NCBI GenBank assembly: GCA_004764695.1
Contig: SMSO01000037.1
Coordinates: forward strand, 1,898,747 to 1,962,746
Source: Schizochytrium sp. TIO01
Lineage: Eukaryota > Protista > Bigyra: Labyrinthulomycetes
Direction of reading: 5' to 3'
Length of the DNA stretch: 64,000 nt
Position numbers and translations under genes: made by a program. Positions 1-10,679 of the stretch are shown one piece after another. Under the pieces are notes generated by a model that was not told where the DNA came from, searched no databases, and saw only the letters and a program-made list of their open reading frames with translations. Within the stretch, counting starts at the first letter, position 1; every line of letters starts with the position of its first letter.

Positions 1-9
1 AAGAGATGC

Positions 10-271
10 GTAGATAGATAGATACATAGATAGATAGATGGATAGAGAGAGAGACAGATCAACAAAAACAAACTGATCCTCATAAAGGTAAGGGTTGTTA
101 AAATAAGCAAAGTTTCTGTGTCGCCTCTAAAGAAGGAAACGTTCTAAATTATTTATTATTATGAAATAGATATTTGGATATATAGATATATAGAGAGATA
201 GATAGATAGCGAATAGATAGATAGCGAATAGATAGAGAGATAGAGAGATAGAGAGAGATAGCGAATAGATA
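10..271. repeat. (GATA)n/(GA)n microsatellite region
   Basis: Runs of tagatagata and gagagata, interrupted by unique sequence at ~60-170. Confidence 0.9.
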
Positions 272-479
272 GAGAAGGAGAGCGAAAGGCGTGGGACCTC
301 GAGGAACAGAGATGTTTGGGCCAAGATAGGCAGAAGCAGAGGCGGCCGGAGAGAGGTTTTGAAGAGGCAGAGGCGGAGGCGAAGGGAAGAAGGGGAATTG
401 AATGAGCAGACAGACGCGCAGGCCCGGGGTAGGGAATTTGGTAAGAAGCAGGTAGAAAGGCGAAGAAGGAGGAGGGGGA

Positions 480-572
480 GAAGAAAAAGAAGCTGAGAGA
501 GAAGAAGGAGATAAAAGAAGAAGAAAGAAAGAAAGAAAGAAGGAAAGAAAGAAAAGAAAGAAAGAAAGAAAC
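480..572. repeat. (GAAA)n/(GAA)n purine microsatellite
   Basis: aagaaagaaagaaagaaaga runs upstream of the exportin gene. Confidence 0.9.
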
Positions 573-1344
573 AAACCACGGATCCATCGAGACGGCAGAG
601 GCGCCGACCGCACGAAGGGCCGCGGGAAGCCGCAGCAGGAGGAAAGACAAAGAAAGGCCGGGAGGCACTGCTAGAGGTACCGGAAGGTCAGGAAGCAGCC
701 CTAGTGTCAGCTCGGGCGAGAGCGGGTTCGGAAGGGATTGATTGATCGACGCTCGCCGAATCCGGCGTGAAATCCGGCGTGAAATCCGCCGAAGGAGGCG
801 TGGTTTGCGGCGAGGGAAGGGCCACGAAGCGCTGTAAATCGCACGCACAGCTTTGGGTGGAAACTTGGACCACGTTTACCCAGAGAGGACCCCAGACGTA
901 AACCCCCAAGCACACGCGAGTCTACCCGAGGCAAACCGCCGCGAGGAGACCGCTCGCTAGGGGTTCCTATTGTATTGACTATCTGGCGGCTGCGGGAGCG
1001 ACATCGCTCTTGAAGAATATCTTGCAACCTCCAAGCTTAAGTTATCATCCACACAGGCTGTAGATTGGGACGGAGGCGTCGCATTCGCGATTTTGGAATA
1101 GTGAATTTTGACGCAGCTCTGGGCGTTTTCATATTCCGTGGGAAACCCATTTTCTGCGGTTGTTGTTTTCGTGGCGTTCCTTGTTAGATTTGCTGACTTG
1201 TGAGGGTCAATAAAACTTGAATCTTGCACTTACCTGGTGCTCAAGAGACTGTAGATCTGGAAACCCTCGCAAGGTTCCTCTATCTGGAATCAATTATCTC
1301 ATCTATCTTTTGGAGAGGTTGATTTCTCTGGCTGACACAACACA

Positions 1345-4300
1345 ATGGACGCGTCGGAACTGACCAAGCTAGAGAACCTGTGCAGTCTGCTGTATAGTGG
1401 ACAGCAATCTTCGCTGATTGAGCGGCTGGAGGCACAAAGATGGCTGCTGCGGTTGCAGTCGTCAGCGCAGTACCTTCCGCAACTTGAATACACGTTGGAG
1501 AACTCCAGCTCACCATTTGCATTGTTGTACGCGTCGAAGGGACTGCTGCTCATCTTGACCAAAGACTGGCGTAATGTGACTTCGTCGCAGAGGATCCAGC
1601 TCCAACGATTTTTACTGCAACGGCTTGCCCATGCATCGACAGACCCCAATGACTTTGTCACGAAGGCTACTATCCAGGTGCTCTGCCGGCTCACAAAACT
1701 CGGCTGGGTTTCAGATCCTGAGCTACGCGGGCTCATGAACGAGATTGTTCAGTTTCTGCAAGCCGGTGTTCAACACGCAGTGCTGGGCCTGCGCATTTTG
1801 ACAGACCTCATTACAGAATTCGAGCTCGGACGCACAGAACCATCAGGACGTCTTGATCCCGAGGGCCGCCAAGCTGCCCAGGCCTTCCGTGAGCAGGACG
1901 GCCTTTCCCGAGCATTCATGCTTTCTCTGCAAACCATGAACAGGGCCTTCAACTCTCAAGACCCATCAAGAGACCGACCTGTGCTCAAAGAGGCGCTTAA
2001 GACCCTGCAAACCTGCCTCGGCTATGACTTTGTCGGCACAGGCTACAGCGAAAGTGACGACGTGGTGGCCTGCCTCTACATCCCTATCGAATGGACCAAA
2101 GACATTGCAAACGCAGGCGCCCTTCGCCTCCTCTTCCGCATTTACAACGCACAGTGGCAAGTACAAAACGAGAGCGAAATCGACCCTGACGAAGATGGCC
2201 CCGCTAGTATGGCCCTGCAGTGCGTGGCTCTTCTCGCATCGACACGCCGCTCCGTTTTTGACGAGAGCAGTCGCCATGAGTTCCTCGTGGCCCTCCTAGA
2301 GGGATCCACCCAGCTCATGCAGGAGAAAACAGGTCTCAGCCATAGCGAGCCATGCTTGCACCACCTCTGCCGACTTCTGTCGCGCATGAAGAGCCACTTC
2401 CAGCTCGTCGAACTCGCCAAGCCTCCCCAGTACCAGGTCTGGCTAGAGGCATTGGCCTCCTTTACTGAAGGCACTTTGGCTGCATGGCGCACCGTGTCTA
2501 CGAGATCGATGCACTACCTTGTGCGCCTCTGGAGCGCATTGGTCCTACCCACACCTTATTTGCGCATTCGCGAAGGCCTAAACCGTGATGGCTCAAGCCA
2601 ACCTGCATATCTCCGCGGCCTAGATCAATACGTGCCTCGCGTAGTCCACGCATTTGTCTCGACTCGGGCGGATATGTGCAGTGCGGCAGCGCTCGAAGAG
2701 CTGGATGATGGAGGTTCGTCAGCCTCTGAACTTCTGGGCATGCACAACCAAGGCTTTGGAAGCTTTGGACGTGGCTCTGGCTGGATTGAGGATAACCCTC
2801 TAGATGACGAGGGGATGCTACTAGAGCAATTGACGCCATTGTCCACACTGGCACGCTTTCGCTATGGGGTATCGGCGTCTGGCGTTGCAGAACTTTTTCT
2901 TAACGCTGTGAATGAGCGTGCTCAGGCGGTGAACGCACTTCTGTCAAACCCCCAAGGACAGAATCTTCTAGCTGCGAAGGCACGACTTGCAGACTCCCAA
3001 GCACGCTTGGCATTCTTGACTTACGTTGTAGGTGCAATTGTGGGTGGGCACGTGACTCGCGTGTCAGCACGAGCCATCGAGAGGCTTGAAGAGCTCAACG
3101 CAGAACTTGCTGCCTTGGTTTTTAAAATGGTCACAGATTCCCAGCGCACCGAAGATCTCATTGCTTCGCGTGGTGAGTCCCCCGCCGCCCTCATTTTTGG
3201 CTTTGGTAGCAACGCTGGCTGGCGCCTCGAGCTTGCCACGCTATACTTCTTCCGCTGCTTCCAGACACTGTACATTGAGTCCCGCGCGCGTGAGGATGAG
3301 GCAGAGCGTCCAGCACGTGATCGATCGGTTGAACTTGTCGAAGACTACTCTGGATTTATGAACTTTGCATTTTTGCGACGTGGTGCGATGGTACCTAATG
3401 GAGGGGGTCCGGCAGGCAACTATGGTTCGATGGGCATGCAAGGCAACGACGTCCGCTCGATGATCCAGCTCCGTCCGCTCCCGGCCCCTTCTCCATCTCT
3501 TGACCGTCTAAACCAGGGCGGGTCCTCCGGAAGCAGCGGCGGAAGCAGCACACGTGCTATTGCTGACCGTCCTGATGCAGACACGGGTATGTCTGATGGT
3601 AATGCGGACAACAACAATAACAGCGGCGGTAGCAACAATGGCGCCTCTAAACAACCACTTTTGGTGGACGAACTTAGCGCTGCTGAGCTTGCTAAGAAGG
3701 AGCGCGCGATTAATGACGAAGCAAGTCAACGTGCATCGGCCATGCAGAATAGCATTGCGGCGCGTGTAGGTATCCAAGGTGGTGACCGCGCTCTTTTAGA
3801 TGTAGCAATGCGGCGTATCTTTGGGCTTTTGCAGTTTGCTCAGCATGTTAACGAGCGCAGCGCACAGATGGATGAGTCCTCCGCCCCTGTCATGCTTGTG
3901 CAGCGTGCGCTGAGCGTGCTCTACCAGCTCTCGATGGGTGTTACTATTGTGCACACCGGTAAAGTTCACACTCCTCGCCTGATGAGCAGTGGTCGCCTTT
4001 TACTTGAGAGTGAGGTTATCCAAGATCTCTTGCAGAACCCATCTGCTGAGCGCTTTCCTCTTTTGCGCGAGCCGAAGCATGGCCGTGCCCGTACTTTTCT
4101 TATGGCTACATTGTCTAAGCTTTTGTACACGCAGACACGTTACCCGTCTTCACAGAACTCTAGCCAGGTGCCAGAGAATATGTTTGACGTAAATGCAAAT
4201 ATCTACACCTCGCACGATCAAGTTGAAGAACGCTTTGTGTCCTTTATGATGCCAATGACGGATGTTGCTGATGGCCTCTTGCGCATTGTTAAGTCCAACC

Positions 4301-5814
4301 CTGATGAACTCCGTAGCTCTACATTGCGAGGTCCCATCATTGGTCTCTTACGTGATTTGCGTGGTGTCATTTCCTCAGCTACTGCTGCACGTGAGTTTGA
4401 ATTGATCTTCTCGTGGTTCTACCCGAACCGCATCAAGTTGCTCGCTGTAATTGCACGCGTCTTCAACTACTCCTTTGATGTTATGGTGCCTTTGCTCAAA
4501 CTCTTGTCTGAGCTTGTTCACAACCGAGGCTCTCGCATTGTATTCCCTTCGTTGTCTGCCGGTGGACTTATCCTCTTCCGTGAAGCAGCTCTTGTGCTCG
4601 TGGCCTTCTGCCAACCACAACTGCAGGCTCTGGAGCGTACACGCGAGGAGCAACGCGCGCGTCATGAGAAGCGCGAGGCCATCAAGTCCAAGCTTGTCGA
4701 TAACATGAACAATCCCGTCATGGAAACGCTTTCCCAGGCACTTGGACCAGAAATTAGTAACAGTGCCAACAACGACCCGCTTTCTATGCAAGCGTTGCAT
4801 GAAGCCGTTCTGGCTATGGGTGAAGAGTTTTTGCACAGTAGCACTGATGGCGAAAAGAAGAAGGCTGAAAATATGAATGGCACAGTCATTGACGTTGGTC
4901 CCGGTGCTGTTGGCCCCGGCGTAACCGTGGATCTGGAAGAAGCACAACAAAAGTGCTCTCGCGTTTGTCTCATTACGCTTAGCAGAATGCTTAACGGGCG
5001 CTATGCTCCTCTGGGTACATTCCAGCTATTTGGTGATACCTGCCTTCTTGATGCTCGGCGTGCAACTTTGGAGCTTGCGCTTTCCTCTTCCCCTAAGCAC
5101 ACCATGTCCTTCCCGAAGATGTCGAAGGCTCTTATCAGTTTATTGAATCAGCTCGCCGAGAAGTTCGTCATCTCTCTGGTAGACTTGTCATCTTCACTCT
5201 TTGCACGGATCATGTGCTGCCTCGGTGAGGCCATCGTTTCTGGTAACGCGCAACTCAGTTCTCCGGCTGCAAGCGCTGTCGAAGCAATTGCTATCTTCCG
5301 CTGCCGCGCTGCTGCTGCTGTGCATGGTCCGAATTCGGACGACGCAAACTCTTCTGATGCTGATGTAGATCCGCTTCGCCGGGTCCGGGCTGTTTTGAAC
5401 CCTGAGCACCGTTCGCGTGGTGATACTACGTCACTCGAAGAGTACCATCGGGCTGCACTTTTGTTCCAAGAGCACGAGCGTGCCCACCCCAACCTCTTCA
5501 GCAGTCTTCTTGCTGTGGTGATGGACCAGCTCTTCTCCAGTGGATCTTCAGAGCTTCCGAACCAATGGTCTATGGCAAAACCAATCATGCCTCTTATCTT
5601 CTGCGCGCCTGCAGAGTTCGAGCGTCAGCGTCAGCAGTTCCTCTCTCAGCAATCAGCTGCCCGGGAACCTCGGATTCGTGAGGCCTATGATTCCTTATTT
5701 ACTAAACTGGGCCCCGCGCTCTCCAACCCAGCCCTTTTCAACGTGGTGCTTCGCTCTAACGATACCTTCGCCAAGGAGCTTTGCACCTTCAACCGCGAGC
5801 TTCGACGCGAGTGA
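1345..5814 (+). CDS. XPO7: Exportin-7/RanBP17-like karyopherin (importin-beta family), 1489 aa
   Basis: Motifs FVTKATIQVLCRLTKLGW, CLGYDFVGTGYSESDDVVACLYIPIEW, LHHLCRLLSRMKSHFQLVEL, PLLKLLSELVHNRGSRIVF..GGLILFRE and NQWSMAKPIMPLI match XPO7/RANBP17. ATG is in an ACAACACA-ATG context. Longer than typical because of low-complexity insertions. Confidence 0.9.
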   Translation: MDASELTKLENLCSLLYSGQQSSLIERLEAQRWLLRLQSSAQYLPQLEYTLENSSSPFALLYASKGLLLILTKDWRNVTSSQRIQLQRFLLQRLAHASTDPNDFVTKATIQVLCRLTKLGWVSDPELRGLMNEIVQFLQAGVQHAVLGLRILTDLITEFELGRTEPSGRLDPEGRQAAQAFREQDGLSRAFMLSLQTMNRAFNSQDPSRDRPVLKEALKTLQTCLGYDFVGTGYSESDDVVACLYIPIEWTKDIANAGALRLLFRIYNAQWQVQNESEIDPDEDGPASMALQCVALLASTRRSVFDESSRHEFLVALLEGSTQLMQEKTGLSHSEPCLHHLCRLLSRMKSHFQLVELAKPPQYQVWLEALASFTEGTLAAWRTVSTRSMHYLVRLWSALVLPTPYLRIREGLNRDGSSQPAYLRGLDQYVPRVVHAFVSTRADMCSAAALEELDDGGSSASELLGMHNQGFGSFGRGSGWIEDNPLDDEGMLLEQLTPLSTLARFRYGVSASGVAELFLNAVNERAQAVNALLSNPQGQNLLAAKARLADSQARLAFLTYVVGAIVGGHVTRVSARAIERLEELNAELAALVFKMVTDSQRTEDLIASRGESPAALIFGFGSNAGWRLELATLYFFRCFQTLYIESRAREDEAERPARDRSVELVEDYSGFMNFAFLRRGAMVPNGGGPAGNYGSMGMQGNDVRSMIQLRPLPAPSPSLDRLNQGGSSGSSGGSSTRAIADRPDADTGMSDGNADNNNNSGGSNNGASKQPLLVDELSAAELAKKERAINDEASQRASAMQNSIAARVGIQGGDRALLDVAMRRIFGLLQFAQHVNERSAQMDESSAPVMLVQRALSVLYQLSMGVTIVHTGKVHTPRLMSSGRLLLESEVIQDLLQNPSAERFPLLREPKHGRARTFLMATLSKLLYTQTRYPSSQNSSQVPENMFDVNANIYTSHDQVEERFVSFMMPMTDVADGLLRIVKSNPDELRSSTLRGPIIGLLRDLRGVISSATAAREFELIFSWFYPNRIKLLAVIARVFNYSFDVMVPLLKLLSELVHNRGSRIVFPSLSAGGLILFREAALVLVAFCQPQLQALERTREEQRARHEKREAIKSKLVDNMNNPVMETLSQALGPEISNSANNDPLSMQALHEAVLAMGEEFLHSSTDGEKKKAENMNGTVIDVGPGAVGPGVTVDLEEAQQKCSRVCLITLSRMLNGRYAPLGTFQLFGDTCLLDARRATLELALSSSPKHTMSFPKMSKALISLLNQLAEKFVISLVDLSSSLFARIMCCLGEAIVSGNAQLSSPAASAVEAIAIFRCRAAAAVHGPNSDDANSSDADVDPLRRVRAVLNPEHRSRGDTTSLEEYHRAALLFQEHERAHPNLFSSLLAVVMDQLFSSGSSELPNQWSMAKPIMPLIFCAPAEFERQRQQFLSQQSAAREPRIREAYDSLFTKLGPALSNPALFNVVLRSNDTFAKELCTFNRELRRE

Positions 5815-6548
5815 GCAAATCCTAACTTTTAGTAGTAGCCACCCTATTTTTCCTCCATTCACACATGCTTTTTTTTTCCTTCACTGCAATTTTCATGACT
5901 CTGTTGTACTTGTCCTATATCTTAACTATTCAGCAGTTTTCCTAGATATGACTGGCCATATCATCGAGAATGTTGAAATTATTGTGGTCTGAGAATTCGG
6001 CCGCCACCTAATTTGTAGTACTTTATCGATGTCTTGCCGGCCTTTTCTCTGTCAGGTACTAAATATTCTCTTTTAAATGTTAGCATCTTATTTTTAACGA
6101 TCGATGCAAGCAAAAAAAACTCTACCAGATGTATCATTTCATTTCTATCTTTAAAACTACATTCGCGTTATTTTAATAAGTCAAGGTAGATATCAAGAGA
6201 ATTTCCAACAGTTGGGTTCAGTAATAACAGGTTAGAAGTAAAAAATCTCTTTTAGAGGTTCGCATGATAAGTTTATTTTAGCTGTTCTCATCCTCGTTGT
6301 TGTCGGCATTGTTAATGAGAATGAAGAACCACAGCGGGGCGATTTAAGAAGTAACAACAAAAGAATATATTCTTCTTGTGAACGCTTGTTTTCACAGTGT
6401 GTGTTCAGTGCAGAGTGAGGCCTTCGCGGTTTCCATTGTCTTGTTCTTAGGGAAGAAAGGAAAAAAATGATGCAGAAGCCATGAAAAAGCAACGTGTAAT
6501 CTTTGAGTGCAAAGCCCAAATCTGGACTGTCAGACCCAAATCTATCGT

Positions 6549-9500
6549 TTAAGGTCTGGCCGCTTTGTTGGATGGTAACAGGTATGCTTTGTTATTGCTG
6601 CCTGAGAATCGCACAGCTCCATTGCCGAAGCGTTTAAGGGATGGGAGTTTGACCATCCTCTGACCGTTTTTGCGAACCGGGATCAAACCGTTTCCAGACC
6701 TGCCATTGTTGCTATGAACATAGTTTGCATCAGCACCATCAATATCATTGGGTACAGTGACTAATTGCAGTTCAGGAAAAGCAGCATTGTGCTCTTCCAC
6801 GGTCACGTGGCCAAGAATTTCTGTAACATTCCAAAGTTCAAAGCAATCATACGGCAGCATGGTCTTGGCAAGCTCAGTGAGAGGGTCCATCTTCAGACGG
6901 CTATAGAACGATGCCGGGCGGCCTCCAAGGATCTTTCCTCCAGTGTGGTTACAAGGAGTAGCATCAATAATTCCATATAGTTTCCTGCGCAAGAACTGAG
7001 GCCAAAGACTGTCAAGACCGTATCCAGACTCCACGTAATCGATGTCCCATAATGGAAATACGAACTCGAGAGCATCAACACGAAGGAAGGGAACCATGAT
7101 CTCAATAAAGTTAACCCAATGGATGGACCAGTTTCCACGTACTACGTGATCCTGATAATGTGCACCGAACTCATACACAGCAGGCTGTCCAAGACGAACG
7201 TCGTAGAGCACAGCCAAATCGAACATCTTAACTACAAACTCAGGATCCATGGTGATATCATCATCCGGAAGCCAAATGTACTCGTACTGCTTCCAATCAA
7301 GATGGTTCAAGGCATAACGCACAAGCTGCCATTTCATGCCCTTTACATTGAAAGCGTAAGTTGATTCGCGCTTGTACATGTTGAAGATTTGTTCATGTTC
7401 GCCGAAGTAAACAACACAGAGGTCATAACTGGGGTTCTTTGCCCAAGCACGGTGTAAGCTGGTGTCACCTGCAACAATAATGATGAGATTCTTGCCTCGA
7501 ACCTTTTCAAGACGGGTCTCGCTCCACCAAAGCGGCTGCAAAGTCGGGTCAACGCGAAGCTCTTGGAGGACCTTGTCTTCCCAAGCAAGGGTGTGCTCTT
7601 CAACAATACCATCCTCATTAGGTTTGCGGAGAGCATCGAACCAGTGCTTGTATGGCTCGATAACGCACCAGTCCTTGTCCTCATTGCGGCGAACAAGCAT
7701 CTGGAATTGGAAGCGCGTAATCTTATCTCCAGTCTTGAGCGCATAGTTCTGGACACAGCCATAAAGCTGAAGCTGAGCTGGGATTTCAGTGCTATGCGGA
7801 ATCTCAAGTTGTGGAGTCTGGCGGTATGGCGCCGCATCAACCACTGCAATAAGTGGAAAACGCAGCAATTGCGGCCAAAGCATATCCAAAAATGTTCCAT
7901 CACCAACAAATGTAGGCAAAAGATACTCGACAGCGTCAACACGGACAAGCGGGGCTGCCATAAGCACACGGTTTACAAAATGCACAGTCATACCACGGCG
8001 CTGCTCATGCGCGTACTCGTGGAAGTACTTGGTGTCAAGTTTGTGAACACCGAGGTTGTTGGAGGACTCGACCATAGCCGGGTGAGCCAGAGGCACGTCA
8101 AGACGAGAGGCAACATTAACGAGCTGCTGAACGTCAATGGGTCCCATATCAATATCACCATCAGGAAACCAAACGTATTCGTATGCCTCTGCCCAGCCCT
8201 CAAGCTCCATCAAGAGGCGGCGGGCAATAGAAAACTTTTGGCCGCGAAGGCGGTAGGCAAAGTCGGCGTCCTTAGAGAAGCGGCGAAATACGGCAGCGGA
8301 AGAGCCTGTGTACACAAGAGCTACATCAAATTGCTCATAGCCACTCCATTGATCGAAGCGAGCATTATCATCAGCCACAACAATAATAAGAACACGAAAG
8401 CGTGCTTCGCGAAGGAAGCGGGGAGAGCGCCAGCGCGGGGGCAAACTCGGGTCCATAGGAAGTTGCTCAATGGTCTCTGCACTAACTTCAGACTTGGAGG
8501 ATTTGGATAAGCACCAGGAGCAACTTCCAGCAATCTGCTGGCGGTACGCTTCCATTGTTGCCACAGACCTCACTTTACCGTGGACTCTCATACAGGCGCT
8601 CATCTTCTCTTGATTTTCCATTACATGATAGTCGTAAGACACCATTGGGATCATTGCGGTTCGTGCGCCTGCAAGGGCAAGGTATTCAGAAAGTACAATT
8701 TCAGGTCCACAAGTGGTCGTCCACATTAGCGAGTTACTAAGCAGCGTAAGTACGCCGCCAACCGCGTCGCTTCGGAAAAAGGGTGCCACAGCGCCAATAC
8801 CATCAACCCACTCGACAGCATTGCCTGACCAAATCATCTTGTTCTCGCTACTTGCGGCTTTTGCGTCAGCTGATGCAGAGATACGCGAGCCAAGACTTTT
8901 ACCGACAGCGGGATGCCCGGCACGCACATCGTAGAACACAGCAAGGTGGAGCATACGCTGCACCGATTGAACGTCCATACGCACATTGGAATCAGGAAAC
9001 CAGGTGTACTTGTAATTTCGCATGCGCAAAGGCTGAAGAGCCCTTGCCACAGCCGTCCAGCGGCGTCGTTGGCCCTGAAGAGAGTTTAAAAACGGACTAT
9101 TTGCCTCAAGCTCCACAACATAGCGAGCCAGTTTTTCGTGGCGAGCGCTCAGCTGAAAGCTGTTGCTGGGGTCCGTGACGATAATAACGTGAAGCCATTC
9201 ATAGCCGAGCCACTCGTCAAGCTGCGGGACGGCCTCTGGTGTGCCCATGACAACAACGAGAAACTTGGGATCTTGCCAGCGGTGGTCAGGATGAGCCAGC
9301 CACTGAACGGGGGTGCACTCCGGAATATGTGTGTACCGGGAGCGTACATCCAGATTGGCACGACGGAACATAAGCTCGTCAATGCATTTTGCTGTTCGGG
9401 CTTGGCGCTCCTCAAGGACCTGACTCAACTGCACATCATCGAGTGCAAACCTCGCGATGGGTGATGTGAATAGCAAATTGATCGTGGCAATGGCCCACAC

Positions 9501-9701
9501 CAGGAAGGTCAACGTGGCGATGGTGGCAAAGACTAGGAATCGGCCTCTGCTGAGGTGCTCTGTATTCATCGACTTGGAGCTCTTCCGGTGAAGTTTCCCC
9601 TCGAACTTGTCGTTACCATTATTGTTAAGGAAACTCGGTTCCATTTCAGGCACAGGTGAGATGCCTTGGTCGGCTCCTGAAAGTGCTGCTGGTCGAAGCA
9701 T
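6549..9701 (-). CDS. Type II membrane protein with three tandem DUF707-like (putative GT-A glycosyltransferase) domains
   Basis: First ATG at 9701 (the track start at 9749 is TTG). N-terminal TM helix FLVFATIATLTFLVWAIATINLLF. Three repeats with YKYTWFPDSN, YEYVWFPDGD and YEYIWLPDDD, each followed by a (A/G)(H/Q)PA motif. The third has VNFIEIMVPFLR..SGYGLDSLW. Confidence 0.75.
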   Translation of the reverse strand: MLRPAALSGADQGISPVPEMEPSFLNNNGNDKFEGKLHRKSSKSMNTEHLSRGRFLVFATIATLTFLVWAIATINLLFTSPIARFALDDVQLSQVLEERQARTAKCIDELMFRRANLDVRSRYTHIPECTPVQWLAHPDHRWQDPKFLVVVMGTPEAVPQLDEWLGYEWLHVIIVTDPSNSFQLSARHEKLARYVVELEANSPFLNSLQGQRRRWTAVARALQPLRMRNYKYTWFPDSNVRMDVQSVQRMLHLAVFYDVRAGHPAVGKSLGSRISASADAKAASSENKMIWSGNAVEWVDGIGAVAPFFRSDAVGGVLTLLSNSLMWTTTCGPEIVLSEYLALAGARTAMIPMVSYDYHVMENQEKMSACMRVHGKVRSVATMEAYRQQIAGSCSWCLSKSSKSEVSAETIEQLPMDPSLPPRWRSPRFLREARFRVLIIVVADDNARFDQWSGYEQFDVALVYTGSSAAVFRRFSKDADFAYRLRGQKFSIARRLLMELEGWAEAYEYVWFPDGDIDMGPIDVQQLVNVASRLDVPLAHPAMVESSNNLGVHKLDTKYFHEYAHEQRRGMTVHFVNRVLMAAPLVRVDAVEYLLPTFVGDGTFLDMLWPQLLRFPLIAVVDAAPYRQTPQLEIPHSTEIPAQLQLYGCVQNYALKTGDKITRFQFQMLVRRNEDKDWCVIEPYKHWFDALRKPNEDGIVEEHTLAWEDKVLQELRVDPTLQPLWWSETRLEKVRGKNLIIIVAGDTSLHRAWAKNPSYDLCVVYFGEHEQIFNMYKRESTYAFNVKGMKWQLVRYALNHLDWKQYEYIWLPDDDITMDPEFVVKMFDLAVLYDVRLGQPAVYEFGAHYQDHVVRGNWSIHWVNFIEIMVPFLRVDALEFVFPLWDIDYVESGYGLDSLWPQFLRRKLYGIIDATPCNHTGGKILGGRPASFYSRLKMDPLTELAKTMLPYDCFELWNVTEILGHVTVEEHNAAFPELQLVTVPNDIDGADANYVHSNNGRSGNGLIPVRKNGQRMVKLPSLKRFGNGAVRFSGSNNKAYLLPSNKAARP

Positions 9702-10383
9702 CTTCAATACACCGTTGTCAATCACAAAAACAATGAAACAATCAGCCAATCAGCAGATCAAGCAGCCAAATACTACAGGTCTTCAAAACGCACTCCACCT
9801 TTGCACGCCGCTCTTTACGTGATTTTACACGGGTACAATCACCTTCAGAACTTTTCTTAATTATTGTACGTCAAAAATATGGGGGGAAAGCAGGCGATTT
9901 AATACTAGGGACTAGAAGCGAGAGAGCGAGGCAGTTGGTGCTAGCAAGCGCTGCAGCCAGCGCGGATTGGAGATAAGGGCGCAGCCGGGATTTGCTAGAC
10001 ACAGTCTGATCTGGCGATATCGCCTCGGGAAGGCCGGCACGACGTTGCTGCAGCGCGGCTGCCCCTGCTGAGAGACCTGGACGTGCGGCTATCGCGAAGT
10101 CACCAGATACGGAATATAGTAGTACTTGTCCAGCGGGCTCCAACGATGAACGAATAGACAGATGCGTCGCAGCCAAGCTCGAGACGGGGCCCGACTGTGG
10201 CGCCTGCGAGGAAACTCCTTAGCAGGCCTACGCAAGGCAATGGGGTCTCGATCTCGCCGCGCCTCGGCCTCAACGCTGTACGGCTTCCGCCGCGCAATCC
10301 ATGATTGCTGCGCACCGCTACTGTCTCTTGCCCTCTCTCCGATATTCCTTATCATCTCGCAATCTCCGTGTCCAAAACTATTT

Positions 10384-10476
10384 AAATACGCATACGAATA
10401 TGCTATTATCCCCTTGAGCACACTCCGAGCTCCTATAAAGTACGCATACTAGTATGCGTATTTGAGCCCTCAAGGA
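10384..10476. promoter_or_regulatory. Perfect 20-bp palindrome plus extra half-site upstream of the DUF707 gene
   Basis: TACGCATACT-AGTATGCGTA at 10441-10460; another AAATACGCATAC at 10384; outer CCTTGAG...CTCAAGG inverted repeat. Confidence 0.45.
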
Positions 10477-10679
10477 TCGAGATGCTAGTACCTGGGGAGA
10501 GGGTGGTGCGTCGCTTGCAAGACTAGGTGTGTGTGGGCCTGTCAGTGTGTGTGCTCGTGTGCGGCTTCTACAGTATACACTATGTGCACACCATGTTAAA
10601 GTACTCTCTGATTAAAAGATTTCGTTATCGACCTTTGTTAAGAACCTTATTGTTCGTTGCTAGTGAGTAGATTTTCTGT

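Noticed and set aside
127-1027. F/L/S-rich ORFs at window start (similarly 14349-14967, 42523-42934)
   Set aside because: Translations of GATA/GAAA/CTTT microsatellites.
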